This document shows, piece by piece, positions 17,454-26,313 of a stretch of DNA of 64,000 nt. The DNA comes from Natronoarchaeum mannanilyticum. Lineage in GTDB: Archaea; Halobacteriota; Halobacteria; Halobacteriales; Natronoarchaeaceae. The DNA is taken from the NCBI RefSeq assembly GCF_039522665.1, contig NZ_BAAADV010000001.1, positions 1,437,792-1,501,791 on the forward strand, written 5' to 3'. Under the pieces are notes generated by a model that was not told where the DNA came from, did not search any database, and saw nothing but the letters and a program-made list of their open reading frames with translations. The position numbers and the translations under genes are program-made. Numbering within the stretch: position 1 is the first letter of the stretch; every line of letters begins with the position of its first letter.

Positions 17454-17999
17454 ATGGCGATCGATACTCTCCTGGTTGCGGTCGGCACCGACGACGGCGT
17501 CGACACCGACACGCTCGCGGACGCCGTCGTCCCGCTGGCCGAGTCGACCGGCGCGACGGTCCTCCTTGCGCACGCGCTCTCGCGCGACGAAGTCGAAACC
17601 GCGGCAGAGCAACTCGACGTCGACGTCTCCACGGGAAGCCACGAACGGCCGACCGAGGAGATTCCCAGCGGCGGGCAGACGTCGCTCTACCAGAAAATCT
17701 GGCCCGGCGACCCGACGTCGACCGACCGGTACGGCGACGCCGGCGACGAGGTCGTCGGGCAGTTCGCCGCGGTGGACGAACTGGACGCGGCGCTCGACGA
17801 CGCCGCCGTCGAGCGCGAACTCGTCGGGACGATCGGCGAACCGGCTCCCGAGGTCGTCCGACTGGCCGACGAGCGCGACGCCGACATGATCGTCGTCGGT
17901 CGGCGGGACCGCTCGGGAGCGTCCCAGGCGCTGTTCGGCAGCACGTCCGAGGAGATCGTCGAGCGGTCGCCGGTTCCGGTCGTCGTCGCGAGCGAGTAG
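17454..17999 (+). CDS. Universal stress protein (UspA family).
   Basis: LLVAVGTDD… and the C-terminal G-x2-G-x9-G-S motif (VVGRRDRSGASQALFGSTSEEIV). Confidence 0.8.
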   Translation: MAIDTLLVAVGTDDGVDTDTLADAVVPLAESTGATVLLAHALSRDEVETAAEQLDVDVSTGSHERPTEEIPSGGQTSLYQKIWPGDPTSTDRYGDAGDEVVGQFAAVDELDAALDDAAVERELVGTIGEPAPEVVRLADERDADMIVVGRRDRSGASQALFGSTSEEIVERSPVPVVVASE

Positions 18000-18050
18000 T
18001 CACCGTTCCGTCACCACCGTCTTTTTCGCCCCCGCCCCCGAAGCTGACGT

Positions 18051-19430
18051 ATGGAGACGGCGATTTCGTTCGGGACCGACGGCTGGCGAGCGACGCTCGA
18101 CGAGTTCACGGCACCCCGCGTGCGGATGGTCGGACAGGCGGTCGTCGACTACCTCGACGGGGCGGGGCTGGGCGACGACCCCGTCGTCGTCGGGTACGAC
18201 GCCCGCGAGACCTCAGAAGGGTTCGCCAAGGAGCTGGCCCGCGTGCTCGCGGCCGGCGGTCACGACGTGATCGTGCCCGAGCGCGACCGGCCGACGCCGC
18301 TGGTCGCGTGGGCGATCGTCGACCGCGACCTGGCGGGCGGGCTGATGATCACCGCCTCGCACAACCCGCCGGAGTACAACGGCGTCAAGTTCATCCCGGA
18401 AGACGGCGCCCCGGCGCTGCCGGAGGTCACCGACCGGATCATGGAGAACCTTCGGGAGCCCGATCCGCTGCCGGAGGAGCGACACGGGAACGTCCGGCGG
18501 GTCGATCTGGTCGAGTCCCACGCCGAGCAGGCGATGGATCTGGTGGGCGCGGACCTCTCGGAACTCTCGGTCGCCTACGACGCGATGCACGGCAGCGGCC
18601 GCGGGACGACCGACGCCCTGCTCGAACGGGCCGGTGCGACCGTCGAGCGGCGTCGCTGCGAGCGCGACCCCGAGTTCGGCGGCGTCTCGCCCGAACCGAG
18701 CGCGGAGAACCTGGAGGGGCTCGTCGACGCCGTCGAGTCGGGCGACGCCGATCTGGGGATCGCCAACGACGGCGACTCGGATCGGATCGCGGTCGTCACG
18801 CCCGAGCGGGGCTTTCTCGACGAGAACCTGCTCTTCGCGGCGCTGTACGACTATCTCCTCGAAGAGCAGTCCGGCCCGGCCGTCCGGTCGGTGTCGACGA
18901 CGTTCCTGATCGACGAGATCGCCGAAGCCAACGGCGAGGAGGTCGTCGAGACGCCGGTCGGCTTCAAGTGGGTCGCGCAAGCGATGGCCGAGCGCGACGC
19001 GCTGATCGGCGGGGAGGAGAGCGGCGGGTTCACCATCCGCGGGCACGTGCGCGAGAAGGACGGCGTGCTGACAGCGCTGCTGGCCGCCGCCGCCGAGTCC
19101 GAGGAGTCGATCGACGAGCGTGTCGACCGCCTGCTCGACGCCCACGGCGACATCGTGCCGGGGAAGATCAGCGTCGACTGTCCGGACGATCAGAAGGCCG
19201 CGGCGATGGCGGCGATCGAGGACGCCTTGCCGGACGAACTGGCGGGGCGAGCGGTCGCCGAGACCAGCACCGTCGACGGCGTCAAGCTGCTTCTCGACGA
19301 CGGATCGTGGGTGCTCGTGCGACCGAGCGGCACCGAGCCGAAGCTCAGGGTGTACGCCGAAGCCGAGAGTACCGAGGCCGTCGACGCGCTGCTGGCAGAC
19401 GGACGCGAACTGGTCGAAGCGAACGTCTGA
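18051..19430 (+). CDS. Phosphoglucomutase/phosphomannomutase (second phosphohexomutase paralogue).
   Basis: FGTDGWR, ITASHNPPEYNGVKF, GIANDGDSDR, GGEESGG motifs. Confidence 0.88.
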   Translation: METAISFGTDGWRATLDEFTAPRVRMVGQAVVDYLDGAGLGDDPVVVGYDARETSEGFAKELARVLAAGGHDVIVPERDRPTPLVAWAIVDRDLAGGLMITASHNPPEYNGVKFIPEDGAPALPEVTDRIMENLREPDPLPEERHGNVRRVDLVESHAEQAMDLVGADLSELSVAYDAMHGSGRGTTDALLERAGATVERRRCERDPEFGGVSPEPSAENLEGLVDAVESGDADLGIANDGDSDRIAVVTPERGFLDENLLFAALYDYLLEEQSGPAVRSVSTTFLIDEIAEANGEEVVETPVGFKWVAQAMAERDALIGGEESGGFTIRGHVREKDGVLTALLAAAAESEESIDERVDRLLDAHGDIVPGKISVDCPDDQKAAAMAAIEDALPDELAGRAVAETSTVDGVKLLLDDGSWVLVRPSGTEPKLRVYAEAESTEAVDALLADGRELVEANV

Positions 19431-19454
19431 GCGCACCTCGATTTTTGTTCTCGA

Positions 19455-19866
19455 CTACTTAAGGACGCCCCGATAGCGGTCATCGTCGGCGTCGGTCGGC
19501 TCGATGGCGAACTCCAGCGACTCGTAGAACGGCCGAACGCCGGCGTCGAACTCCGCGGCGAGCGGCCCGTAGTCCTCTCGCGCGCGGTGGATCAGCGTCC
19601 GCCCGACGCCGCGGCCGCGGCGGCGCCGCCGGACGGCGATCGCATCGACGTGCGCGCCTTCGCTGTTCTCGCGAGGAGAGAGTACGATCGTTCCGACGAC
19701 GCGTCCGTCGGCTTCGGCCACGAGCACGTCGCCCGCCGCGAGCCGCTCGTCGAGGTCGTCGACCGCCAGCACGGCGGCGTCCAGCTGTCGGCGGACCGCG
19801 AGCCGGTCGTCGGCTTCCGCTCGCCGTACCTCGACGTCGAGCGCGTCGCGTTCCACGTGCGGGTGA
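19455..19866 (-). CDS. GNAT family N-acetyltransferase (GTG start).
   Basis: Acetyl-CoA-binding motif (IAVRRRRRGRGVGRTLI) and GNAT beta-strand pattern. The Ser-rich N-terminal extension in the track ORF is non-coding and no in-frame ATG exists. Confidence 0.55.
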
Positions 19867-20034
19867 GCGTCCGCCGTCGCCTTGGACGTTTCGTCCGGCG
19901 AGCCGATCGCGCATTCGTCTCGCGAGCCGGTCGCTCGCCAGTTTCGGCCGAACGGCGGCGTTCGCGACCGTCCTTCGGGGGAACGATCTCCGCGCTCGGG
20001 AAAGCTTTTACAGCCCGAGCCACTACCGCGACGT

Positions 20035-20583
20035 ATGCAGCACGTGAAGATTCCGCAGGACAGGATTGGGGTGCTGATCGGCGAGGGCGGTGCGACGCTG
20101 CGCGAGATCGAGCGGCGGGCCGAAGTGCGACTCGACGTCGACTCCGAGAACGGCTCGGTCGCGATCGAGAAGACGGGCGATCCCGTCAAGGCGCTCAAGG
20201 GACCCGACATCGTCCGCGCGATCGGCCGCGGGTTCGCGCCGGACGACGCCATGGGCCTGCTCGACGACGACATGATGATGTTCGATCTGGTCGACATCGA
20301 CGCCGCGGCGCGCAACACGAACGACCTCAAGCGCAAGAAGGGCCGGCTCATCGGGGAGAACGGCCGCACGCGCGAGCTGATGGAGGAGCTGACCGGCGCG
20401 TCGGTCGTCATCTACGGCACGACGCTGGGCACCATCGGCGGCCCCCAGCAGGTCGAGGCCGTCCGCGAGGCCGCCGAGATGATCATCGACGGCGCGCCCC
20501 ACGGCGCGGTGTACTCGTTCCTCGAGCGCAAGCACAACGAGCTGAAACGTCAGGGGCTGGAGTACCACCAGTTCACCGGCTGA
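20035..20583 (+). CDS. Archaeal KH-domain RNA-binding protein (Dim2/Pno1-like).
   Basis: Two KH motifs (IGVLIGEGGATLREIE; GRLIGENGRTRELMEELTGA). ATG at 20035 preceded by an AT-rich element. Total 182 aa, typical of aDim2. Confidence 0.8.
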   Translation: MQHVKIPQDRIGVLIGEGGATLREIERRAEVRLDVDSENGSVAIEKTGDPVKALKGPDIVRAIGRGFAPDDAMGLLDDDMMMFDLVDIDAAARNTNDLKRKKGRLIGENGRTRELMEELTGASVVIYGTTLGTIGGPQQVEAVREAAEMIIDGAPHGAVYSFLERKHNELKRQGLEYHQFTG

Positions 20584-20648
20584 GTCCGGCCGTCCACCTT
20601 CGGCTCGACACGGCGCACTTTTCCGTAGGCGGCGCGAACCACCGGTAG

Positions 20649-21125
20649 ATGACAGACGATTTCTCCGCGAGGCGCCGTAAACTCCTCCAGAGCGCCGGTG
20701 CCGGAGGCACTGCACTACTGGCGGGCTGTACGGAACAGCTCGGTCTCGCACAGAACTCGGACGAGGGCGGTGACGGGCAGCGCGAGGCCGGCGTCGTAGC
20801 GATGGTCGACCAGCAGGCGCTCCAGCAGGCTCAACTCGAGGCCCAGCAGGCGGCCCAACAGGACAACGTGAGCCAGCAGGAGGCCCAGCAGGACTACCGG
20901 GAAACCCAGCAGGAGCTCATATCTGAGGCCATCTCGTCGCTCGTCGACGAGCTGGAGTCGAACACTTCGGCCACCGTCGAGCAGGAGTACTCCCAGTTCG
21001 GCGCCGTCCGCATCTCCGGCTCGGCGAGCGCGCTGATCGACGCGCTGGAGATCGAGAGCTCCCAGTCGCTGGTTGCCGCCGCGCGGCTCGAGGAAGCGAC
21101 GTCCGGATCCACGAACTCCTCGTAG
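20649..21125 (+). CDS. Tat-signal lipoprotein with a Gln-rich coiled-coil segment, hypothetical.
   Basis: [22 protein letters not shown] (twin-Arg plus lipobox Cys) followed by a [13 protein letters not shown] low-complexity stretch. Confidence 0.6.
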   Translation: MTDDFSARRRKLLQSAGAGGTALLAGCTEQLGLAQNSDEGGDGQREAGVVAMVDQQALQQAQLEAQQAAQQDNVSQQEAQQDYRETQQELISEAISSLVDELESNTSATVEQEYSQFGAVRISGSASALIDALEIESSQSLVAAARLEEATSGSTNSS

Positions 21126-21266
21126 CGTACGCTCGGGACCGGGGAGTCCGGTCGACGCGGCTTCTCTGTGGTCGCCGCACCTTCCTTATGAATGGATTCC
21201 CGGTAGCCGTCCGCACGCCGTCACGTCCGGCGTGTTACTCCTCACCACACTGCTCGGAACAAAGGA

Positions 21267-21275
21267 TTTATATAG
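21267..21275 (+). promoter_or_regulatory. Thermosome TATA box (tttatatag).
   Basis: Near-consensus archaeal box A 26 bp upstream of the thermosome ATG (21301), implying a very short leader. Confidence 0.6.
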
Positions 21276-21300
21276 AACGACAATCAATCCTCTACCGATT

Positions 21301-22992
21301 ATGGCGCAGCAGATGGGCAACCAGCCGATGATTGTACTTTCGGAGGACAGCCAGCGCACCTCCGGGGACGACGCACAGTCGATGAACATCACAGCCGGGA
21401 AGGCCGTCGCGGAGGCCGTCCGCACCACGCTCGGCCCCAAGGGGATGGACAAGATGCTCGTCGACTCGACGGGCAACGTCGTCGTCACGAACGACGGCGT
21501 CACGATCCTCAAGGAGATGGAGATCGAGCACCCCGCGGCCAACATGATCGTCGAGGTCGCCGAGACCCAGGAGGACGAAGTCGGCGACGGTACGACCTCC
21601 GCCGTCGTCGTCTCCGGCGAACTCCTCAGCGAGGCCGAGGACCTTCTCGACCAGGACATCCACGCGACTACCCTCGCGCAGGGGTACCGCCAGGCCGCCG
21701 AGGAAGCCAAAGACATCCTCGAGGACGTCTCGATCGACGTCGACGCCGACGACACCGAGATCCTCGAGCAGATCGCCGCCACCGCGATGACGGGCAAGGG
21801 CGCCGAGAACGCCAAGGACCTGCTCGCGGACCTCGTCGTCCGCGCCGTCAGCAGCGTCGCCGACGGCAACGAGGTCGACACTGACAACATCAAGGTCGAG
21901 AAGATCGTCGGCTCGGCCGTCGAGAACTCCGAGCTCGTCGAGGGCGTCCTCGTCGACAAGGAGCGCGTCCACGAGAACATGCCCTACCTCGTCGAGGACG
22001 CCGACGTCGCCGTGCTCGACGACGCTCTCGAGGTCCAGGAGACCGAGATCGACGCCGAGGTCAACGTCACCGACCCCGACCAGCTTCAGGACTTCCTCGA
22101 CCAGGAAGAGGAGCAGCTCAAGGAGATGGTCGACCAGATCGTCGAGTCCGGCGCGGACGTCGTGTTCGCCCAGGACGGCATCGACGACATGGCCCAGCAC
22201 TACCTCGCCGAAGAGGGCGTGCTCGCGACCCGGCGCGTCAAGTCCGACGACGCCACGAAGCTCGCCCGCGCGACGGGCGCCACCGTCGTGAGCAACGTCA
22301 ACGACATCGAGGCCGACGACCTCGGCTTCGCCGGCTCCGTCTCCCAGCAGGAGGTCGGCGGCAGCCAGCAGCTCCTCGTCGAGGACGTCGAGAACGCCAA
22401 GTCCGTCACGCTGCTGCTGCGCGGCGGCACCGAGCACGTCGTCGACGAGATCGAGCGCGCCATCGAGGACTCGCTCGGCGTCGTCAGCGTCACGCTCGAG
22501 GACGGCAAGGTGCTGCCCGGTGGCGGCGCCCCCGAGACCGAGCTCGCTCTGCAGCTGCGCCAGTTCGCCGACTCGGTCGGCGGCCGCGAGCAGCTCGCCG
22601 TCGAGGCGTTCGCCGACGCGCTGGAAGTCGGTCCCCGCACGCTCGCCGAGAACGCCGGTCTGGACTCGATCGACTCGCTCGTCGAGCTCCGTCGCGAGCA
22701 CGACGCCGGCAACGACGCCGCCGGTCTCGACGCCTACACGGGCGACGTGATCGACATGGAGGAGGAGGGCGTCGTCGAGCCGCTCCGCGTCAAGACCCAG
22801 GCCATCGAGTCCGCCACCGAGGCGGCCGTGATGATCCTGCGCATCGACGACGTGATCGCGGCGGGCGACCTGAAGGGCGGTCAGGTCGACGCCGGCGGCG
22901 ACGACGACGGCGGCCCGCCCGCGGGCGGCCCCGGCGGCGCGCCCGGCGGCATGGGCGGCGGTATGGGCGGCGGCATGGGCGGCATGATGTAA
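21301..22992 (+). CDS. ths: Thermosome (group II chaperonin) subunit.
   Basis: TCP-1 family signatures ([12 protein letters not shown]; VTNDGVTIL; [10 protein letters not shown]) and a C-terminal GGM repeat tail. Confidence 0.95.
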   Translation: MAQQMGNQPMIVLSEDSQRTSGDDAQSMNITAGKAVAEAVRTTLGPKGMDKMLVDSTGNVVVTNDGVTILKEMEIEHPAANMIVEVAETQEDEVGDGTTSAVVVSGELLSEAEDLLDQDIHATTLAQGYRQAAEEAKDILEDVSIDVDADDTEILEQIAATAMTGKGAENAKDLLADLVVRAVSSVADGNEVDTDNIKVEKIVGSAVENSELVEGVLVDKERVHENMPYLVEDADVAVLDDALEVQETEIDAEVNVTDPDQLQDFLDQEEEQLKEMVDQIVESGADVVFAQDGIDDMAQHYLAEEGVLATRRVKSDDATKLARATGATVVSNVNDIEADDLGFAGSVSQQEVGGSQQLLVEDVENAKSVTLLLRGGTEHVVDEIERAIEDSLGVVSVTLEDGKVLPGGGAPETELALQLRQFADSVGGREQLAVEAFADALEVGPRTLAENAGLDSIDSLVELRREHDAGNDAAGLDAYTGDVIDMEEEGVVEPLRVKTQAIESATEAAVMILRIDDVIAAGDLKGGQVDAGGDDDGGPPAGGPGGAPGGMGGGMGGGMGGMM

Positions 22993-23065
22993 GCTCGGCC
23001 CATCTGCCAGCAGCTACGTCACCGTCACCGCGTCGACCCCGCACTGCTCGCCGAACGAACGCGCG

Positions 23066-23074
23066 TTTTTCTTT
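23066..23074 (+). terminator. Oligo-T terminator after the thermosome gene.
   Basis: tttttcttt about 75 nt after the stop, a typical archaeal T-tract terminator. Confidence 0.45.
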
Positions 23075-23179
23075 CGTGCTCGCTCGATAGCGGCGGCGCT
23101 CTCGATCGGTAGTCTACTCTCTCGACGGCGCGGCGACGCCGTTCCTCGGCGCCACGTATTAAGTGCGGCCCCGCAAAAT

Positions 23180-24178
23180 TTGCCACCCATGGAGACGCTG
23201 TTGCTCAACGGGGGAGACGTCGAGGCCAACGCCGACACCGGCGCCGTGATCGACGCCGTCGAGGCGGCGTTCGCGGCCTACGAGCGCGGGGACGTGCAGA
23301 TGCCCGCCAAGTCCTACGTCGACCTGCCGCGGTACAACGGGGACTTCCGGTCGATGCCAGCGTACGTCGAGGCCGACGAGTGGGACGCCGCCGCCGTGAA
23401 GTGGGTGAACGTCCACCCCGACAACCCCGCCGACCACGACCTGCCCACCGTGATGGGGACGCTGATCTACTCCGACCCCGAGACGGCCTTCCCGCTCTCG
23501 ATCATGGACGGGACGGCGCTGACGATGCTGCGCACGGGCGCCGCGGCGGCCGTCGCGACAGACCACCTCGCCGTCGAGTCGGCGTCGAGTCTGGGCCTGG
23601 TCGGCGCGGGCGTCCAGTCCTACAGTCAGCTCGAGGCGATCGCCGAGGCGCGCCCGATCGAGGAAGTGGTCGTGGCAGATCAGGACGAGGAGCGCGTCGC
23701 CGACTTCGTCGGCGCCTTCGACGATCGGTTCGATGTCCGCGGCGGCTCGATCTCGGAGGCCGGTCACTGCGACGTGCTCTCGACGGTGACGCCGGTGCGC
23801 GAGCCGATCGTCGGCGCCGACGATCTGGGCGAGCGCACGCACGTCAACGCCATCGGCGCCGACGCCGCCGGAAAACACGAGATAGCGGACGCGGTGCTGC
23901 TGGACTCGAAGCTCGTCATCGACGACTACGAGCAGTGCACCCACTCCGGCGAGATCAACGTCCCCTGGAGCGAAGGAGTGCTGGGCGACGACGACCTCCA
24001 CGCCGAGCTCGGCGAGATCGTCGCCGGGGGGAAAGACGGTCGGACGAGCGAGGACGGTATCACCGTCTTCGACTCGACCGGACTTGCGATCCAGGACGTC
24101 GCGGCCGCTCGCGTGGTCTACGAGAACGCCCGCGAGAACGGCGACGGGTACGAGTTCGAGATGATCGATCTCGGCTGA
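23180..24178 (+). CDS. Ornithine cyclodeaminase/mu-crystallin family protein (archaeal-type alanine dehydrogenase-like).
   Basis: OCD_Mu_crystall Rossmann fold (LGLVGAGVQS) and overall family architecture. The alternative start METLL is at 23189. Confidence 0.8.
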   Translation: MPPMETLLLNGGDVEANADTGAVIDAVEAAFAAYERGDVQMPAKSYVDLPRYNGDFRSMPAYVEADEWDAAAVKWVNVHPDNPADHDLPTVMGTLIYSDPETAFPLSIMDGTALTMLRTGAAAAVATDHLAVESASSLGLVGAGVQSYSQLEAIAEARPIEEVVVADQDEERVADFVGAFDDRFDVRGGSISEAGHCDVLSTVTPVREPIVGADDLGERTHVNAIGADAAGKHEIADAVLLDSKLVIDDYEQCTHSGEINVPWSEGVLGDDDLHAELGEIVAGGKDGRTSEDGITVFDSTGLAIQDVAAARVVYENARENGDGYEFEMIDLG

Positions 24179-24198
24179 CGAGCCGTCCGTCCTGCTTC

Positions 24199-24402
24199 CT
24201 ATTCGCCGCTGAACCGGTCGAGCACCTTCGTTATCAGCCAGACGATCACGATGAAGGGGAGCAGCGGCACCAGCAGCACCAGCATCCCGACGAGCATGCT
24301 CCAGCCGATCACGTCCATCCCGGGGTCCTTGTGGCCGCGGGTTCCGGGCGTCACCGTGCGCAGCACCTTCTTCGGCAGCGAGGGGTCCTCGGCGTCGCTC
24401 AT
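24199..24402 (-). CDS. Small membrane protein (67 aa, 1-2 TM).
   Basis: Start at MSDAED with a C-terminal hydrophobic helix (GWSMLVGMLVLLVPLLPFIVIVWLI). Immediately downstream of the MFS transporter. Confidence 0.45.
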   Translation of the reverse strand: MSDAEDPSLPKKVLRTVTPGTRGHKDPGMDVIGWSMLVGMLVLLVPLLPFIVIVWLITKVLDRFSGE

Positions 24403-24457
24403 GTCCGTCAATTGGAGCGAGCGAGGGATAAAGGCGCGGTCGCGGCGCCGCCCCGGC

Positions 24458-25981
24458 TCAGTCGTCGTCCGAGTCGGCGCGGCGTCTCCCCGCCGAATCG
24501 GCGCCGGCGGCGTCGACACGCGCGTCGCCGCCCAGCGCCGTCTCGCGCAGGTCGGACTCGATCTCCTCGAGCGTGCGTCCGGTCGTCTCGGGGACGAACG
24601 CGTAGGCGAACGCGAACGCGGCGACGCTCAGCGCCGCGAACGTCCAGAACGTGCCGGCCTCGCCGACGGTGTCGACGAGGTAGGGGAACGACTGGGCGAC
24701 CGCGAGGTTCGCCGCCCAGTTGACGACCGTGGTGACGCCGACGGCCGTCCCGCGGACCTTCAGCGGGTAGATCTCGGAGTTGAGCAGCCAGAACACGGGC
24801 CCGAGGCCGATCGCGAAGAAGGCGACGTACAGCATCAGGCTGGCCACGGCGATCAGGCCGACCGCGCCCGAGAGCCCGGGCAGGAAGTACGCCGCGCCCA
24901 GCCCGGTCAGCGTCACGGTCATCCCGACCAGTCCGACGAGCAACAGCGGTCGCCGACCGACCCGGTCGATCAACAGCAGCGCGACCAGCGTCATCGTCAC
25001 GTTGACGACGCCGATGACCACCGTCGCGAGCAGGGAGCCGCTGGCGCCGAAGCCGGTCGACTCGAGGATCGAAGGACCGTAGTACATCACCGTGTTGATG
25101 CCGGTCAGCTGCTGGAACGCCGCCAGCCCGACGCCGACGACCAGCATCGGGCGGACCCACGGCGCCAGCAGGTCCCGCAGGCTCGCGTCCTCCATCTGGG
25201 CTTTCTCCTCGATCTCTCGTAGTTCGGGCTCGACCTGCTCGCTCGTCCGAACGGACGCGAGCACGTCCCTCGCCTCGTCCTCGCGGTGCTGCTCGAACAG
25301 CCAGCGCGGGCTCTCGGGCATGAACAGCATCCCGACGAACAGCGCGGCGGCCGGGACCGTCCCGGCGCCGAGCATCCAGCGCCAGACGGCCGCGCCCTCG
25401 AACGCGAGGTTCGTCACCGCGGTCACGAGCAGCTCCTCCGCGAACGCGTAGTTCACCAGGTAGGAGGTCAGCAGGCCGAACGTCACCGCGAACTGGAACA
25501 GCGTCACCATGCCGCCGCGGATGTCGGCCGGCGAGATCTCCGAGATGTACAGCGGGCCGATCATCGACGCCAGGCCGACGGCGACGCCGTCGACCACGCG
25601 GCCGACGAACAGCCACTCGATCGTCGGCGCGACGGCCATGATCGCCGAGCCGACGAAGAACACGACCGCGGCGCCGAGGATCACTCGCCGGCGGCCGATC
25701 AGATCGGAGAGCCGACCGCCGACCGCGGCGCCGACGATCGCGCCGACCAGCGCGCCGCTGACGACGAAGCCTTCGACGAGCGATTCGTCCATCGCGATCC
25801 CGAACAGCGACGTCATCTCGAAGGTGTCGGGGATAAAGAGCAGAGCCCCGGAGATGACGCCCGTGTCGAAGCCGAAGAGCAGCCCGGTCAGCGCGGCCAG
25901 CGCGCCGATGACGTAGACGAAGCGGTTGCGCCCGCCGGCCGCCGTCCCTGTGTGTGTCGTTGCCATAAGTATCGGTTTCAT
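24458..25981 (-). CDS. MFS sugar porter family transporter.
   Basis: 12 TM. Sugar-transporter signatures (GRRxxL loop; PESPRWL; PETTGR[TS]LEEIE). Confidence 0.88.
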   Translation of the reverse strand: MKPILMATTHTGTAAGGRNRFVYVIGALAALTGLLFGFDTGVISGALLFIPDTFEMTSLFGIAMDESLVEGFVVSGALVGAIVGAAVGGRLSDLIGRRRVILGAAVVFFVGSAIMAVAPTIEWLFVGRVVDGVAVGLASMIGPLYISEISPADIRGGMVTLFQFAVTFGLLTSYLVNYAFAEELLVTAVTNLAFEGAAVWRWMLGAGTVPAAALFVGMLFMPESPRWLFEQHREDEARDVLASVRTSEQVEPELREIEEKAQMEDASLRDLLAPWVRPMLVVGVGLAAFQQLTGINTVMYYGPSILESTGFGASGSLLATVVIGVVNVTMTLVALLLIDRVGRRPLLLVGLVGMTVTLTGLGAAYFLPGLSGAVGLIAVASLMLYVAFFAIGLGPVFWLLNSEIYPLKVRGTAVGVTTVVNWAANLAVAQSFPYLVDTVGEAGTFWTFAALSVAAFAFAYAFVPETTGRTLEEIESDLRETALGGDARVDAAGADSAGRRRADSDDD

Positions 25982-26313
25982 CCCGACCGTTCCGAACGCT
26001 CATTAACAAATACGTCGATTTTTCTGAAAGAAAAGACCGTTAACACGGTAGATCGTCGTATTATTTGTTTTTGAACGGTTCCCGTTAATGTTCTCGGTGA
26101 GCGTTCACCGCCTGGGATCGCGACACGCGGCGCGCGGCGTGCCGCGTCGACCTTCGTCGCGTCGCCCGGGTGTCTCGACGTCCGCGCGTCGATGCCGCTG
26201 GGGCGCCGTCGTCGCGCCGCGTCGGTCGACGGGCCGGCACTCGTCGACCCGACAGATCCGGAAGTCGGATGGAAAGGTATAGGGCGCCGACCCGCCGAAT
26301 CACGTACAAGCTG

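Noticed and set aside
16282-17642. 238-aa and 267-aa minus-strand Arg-rich ORFs spanning the larB 3' end to the GIY-YIG gene.
   Set aside because: Poly-Arg/Ser composition. Overlap with better-supported plus-strand genes (larB, the 47-aa Zn-ribbon ORF, GIY-YIG).
19455-20411. 318-aa ORF with an extremely Ser-rich N-terminus (MTTDAPVSSSISSRVRPFS…).
   Set aside because: Only the C-terminal ~135 aa show the GNAT acetyltransferase pattern. The N-terminal part is antisense to the KH-domain gene and is low-complexity.
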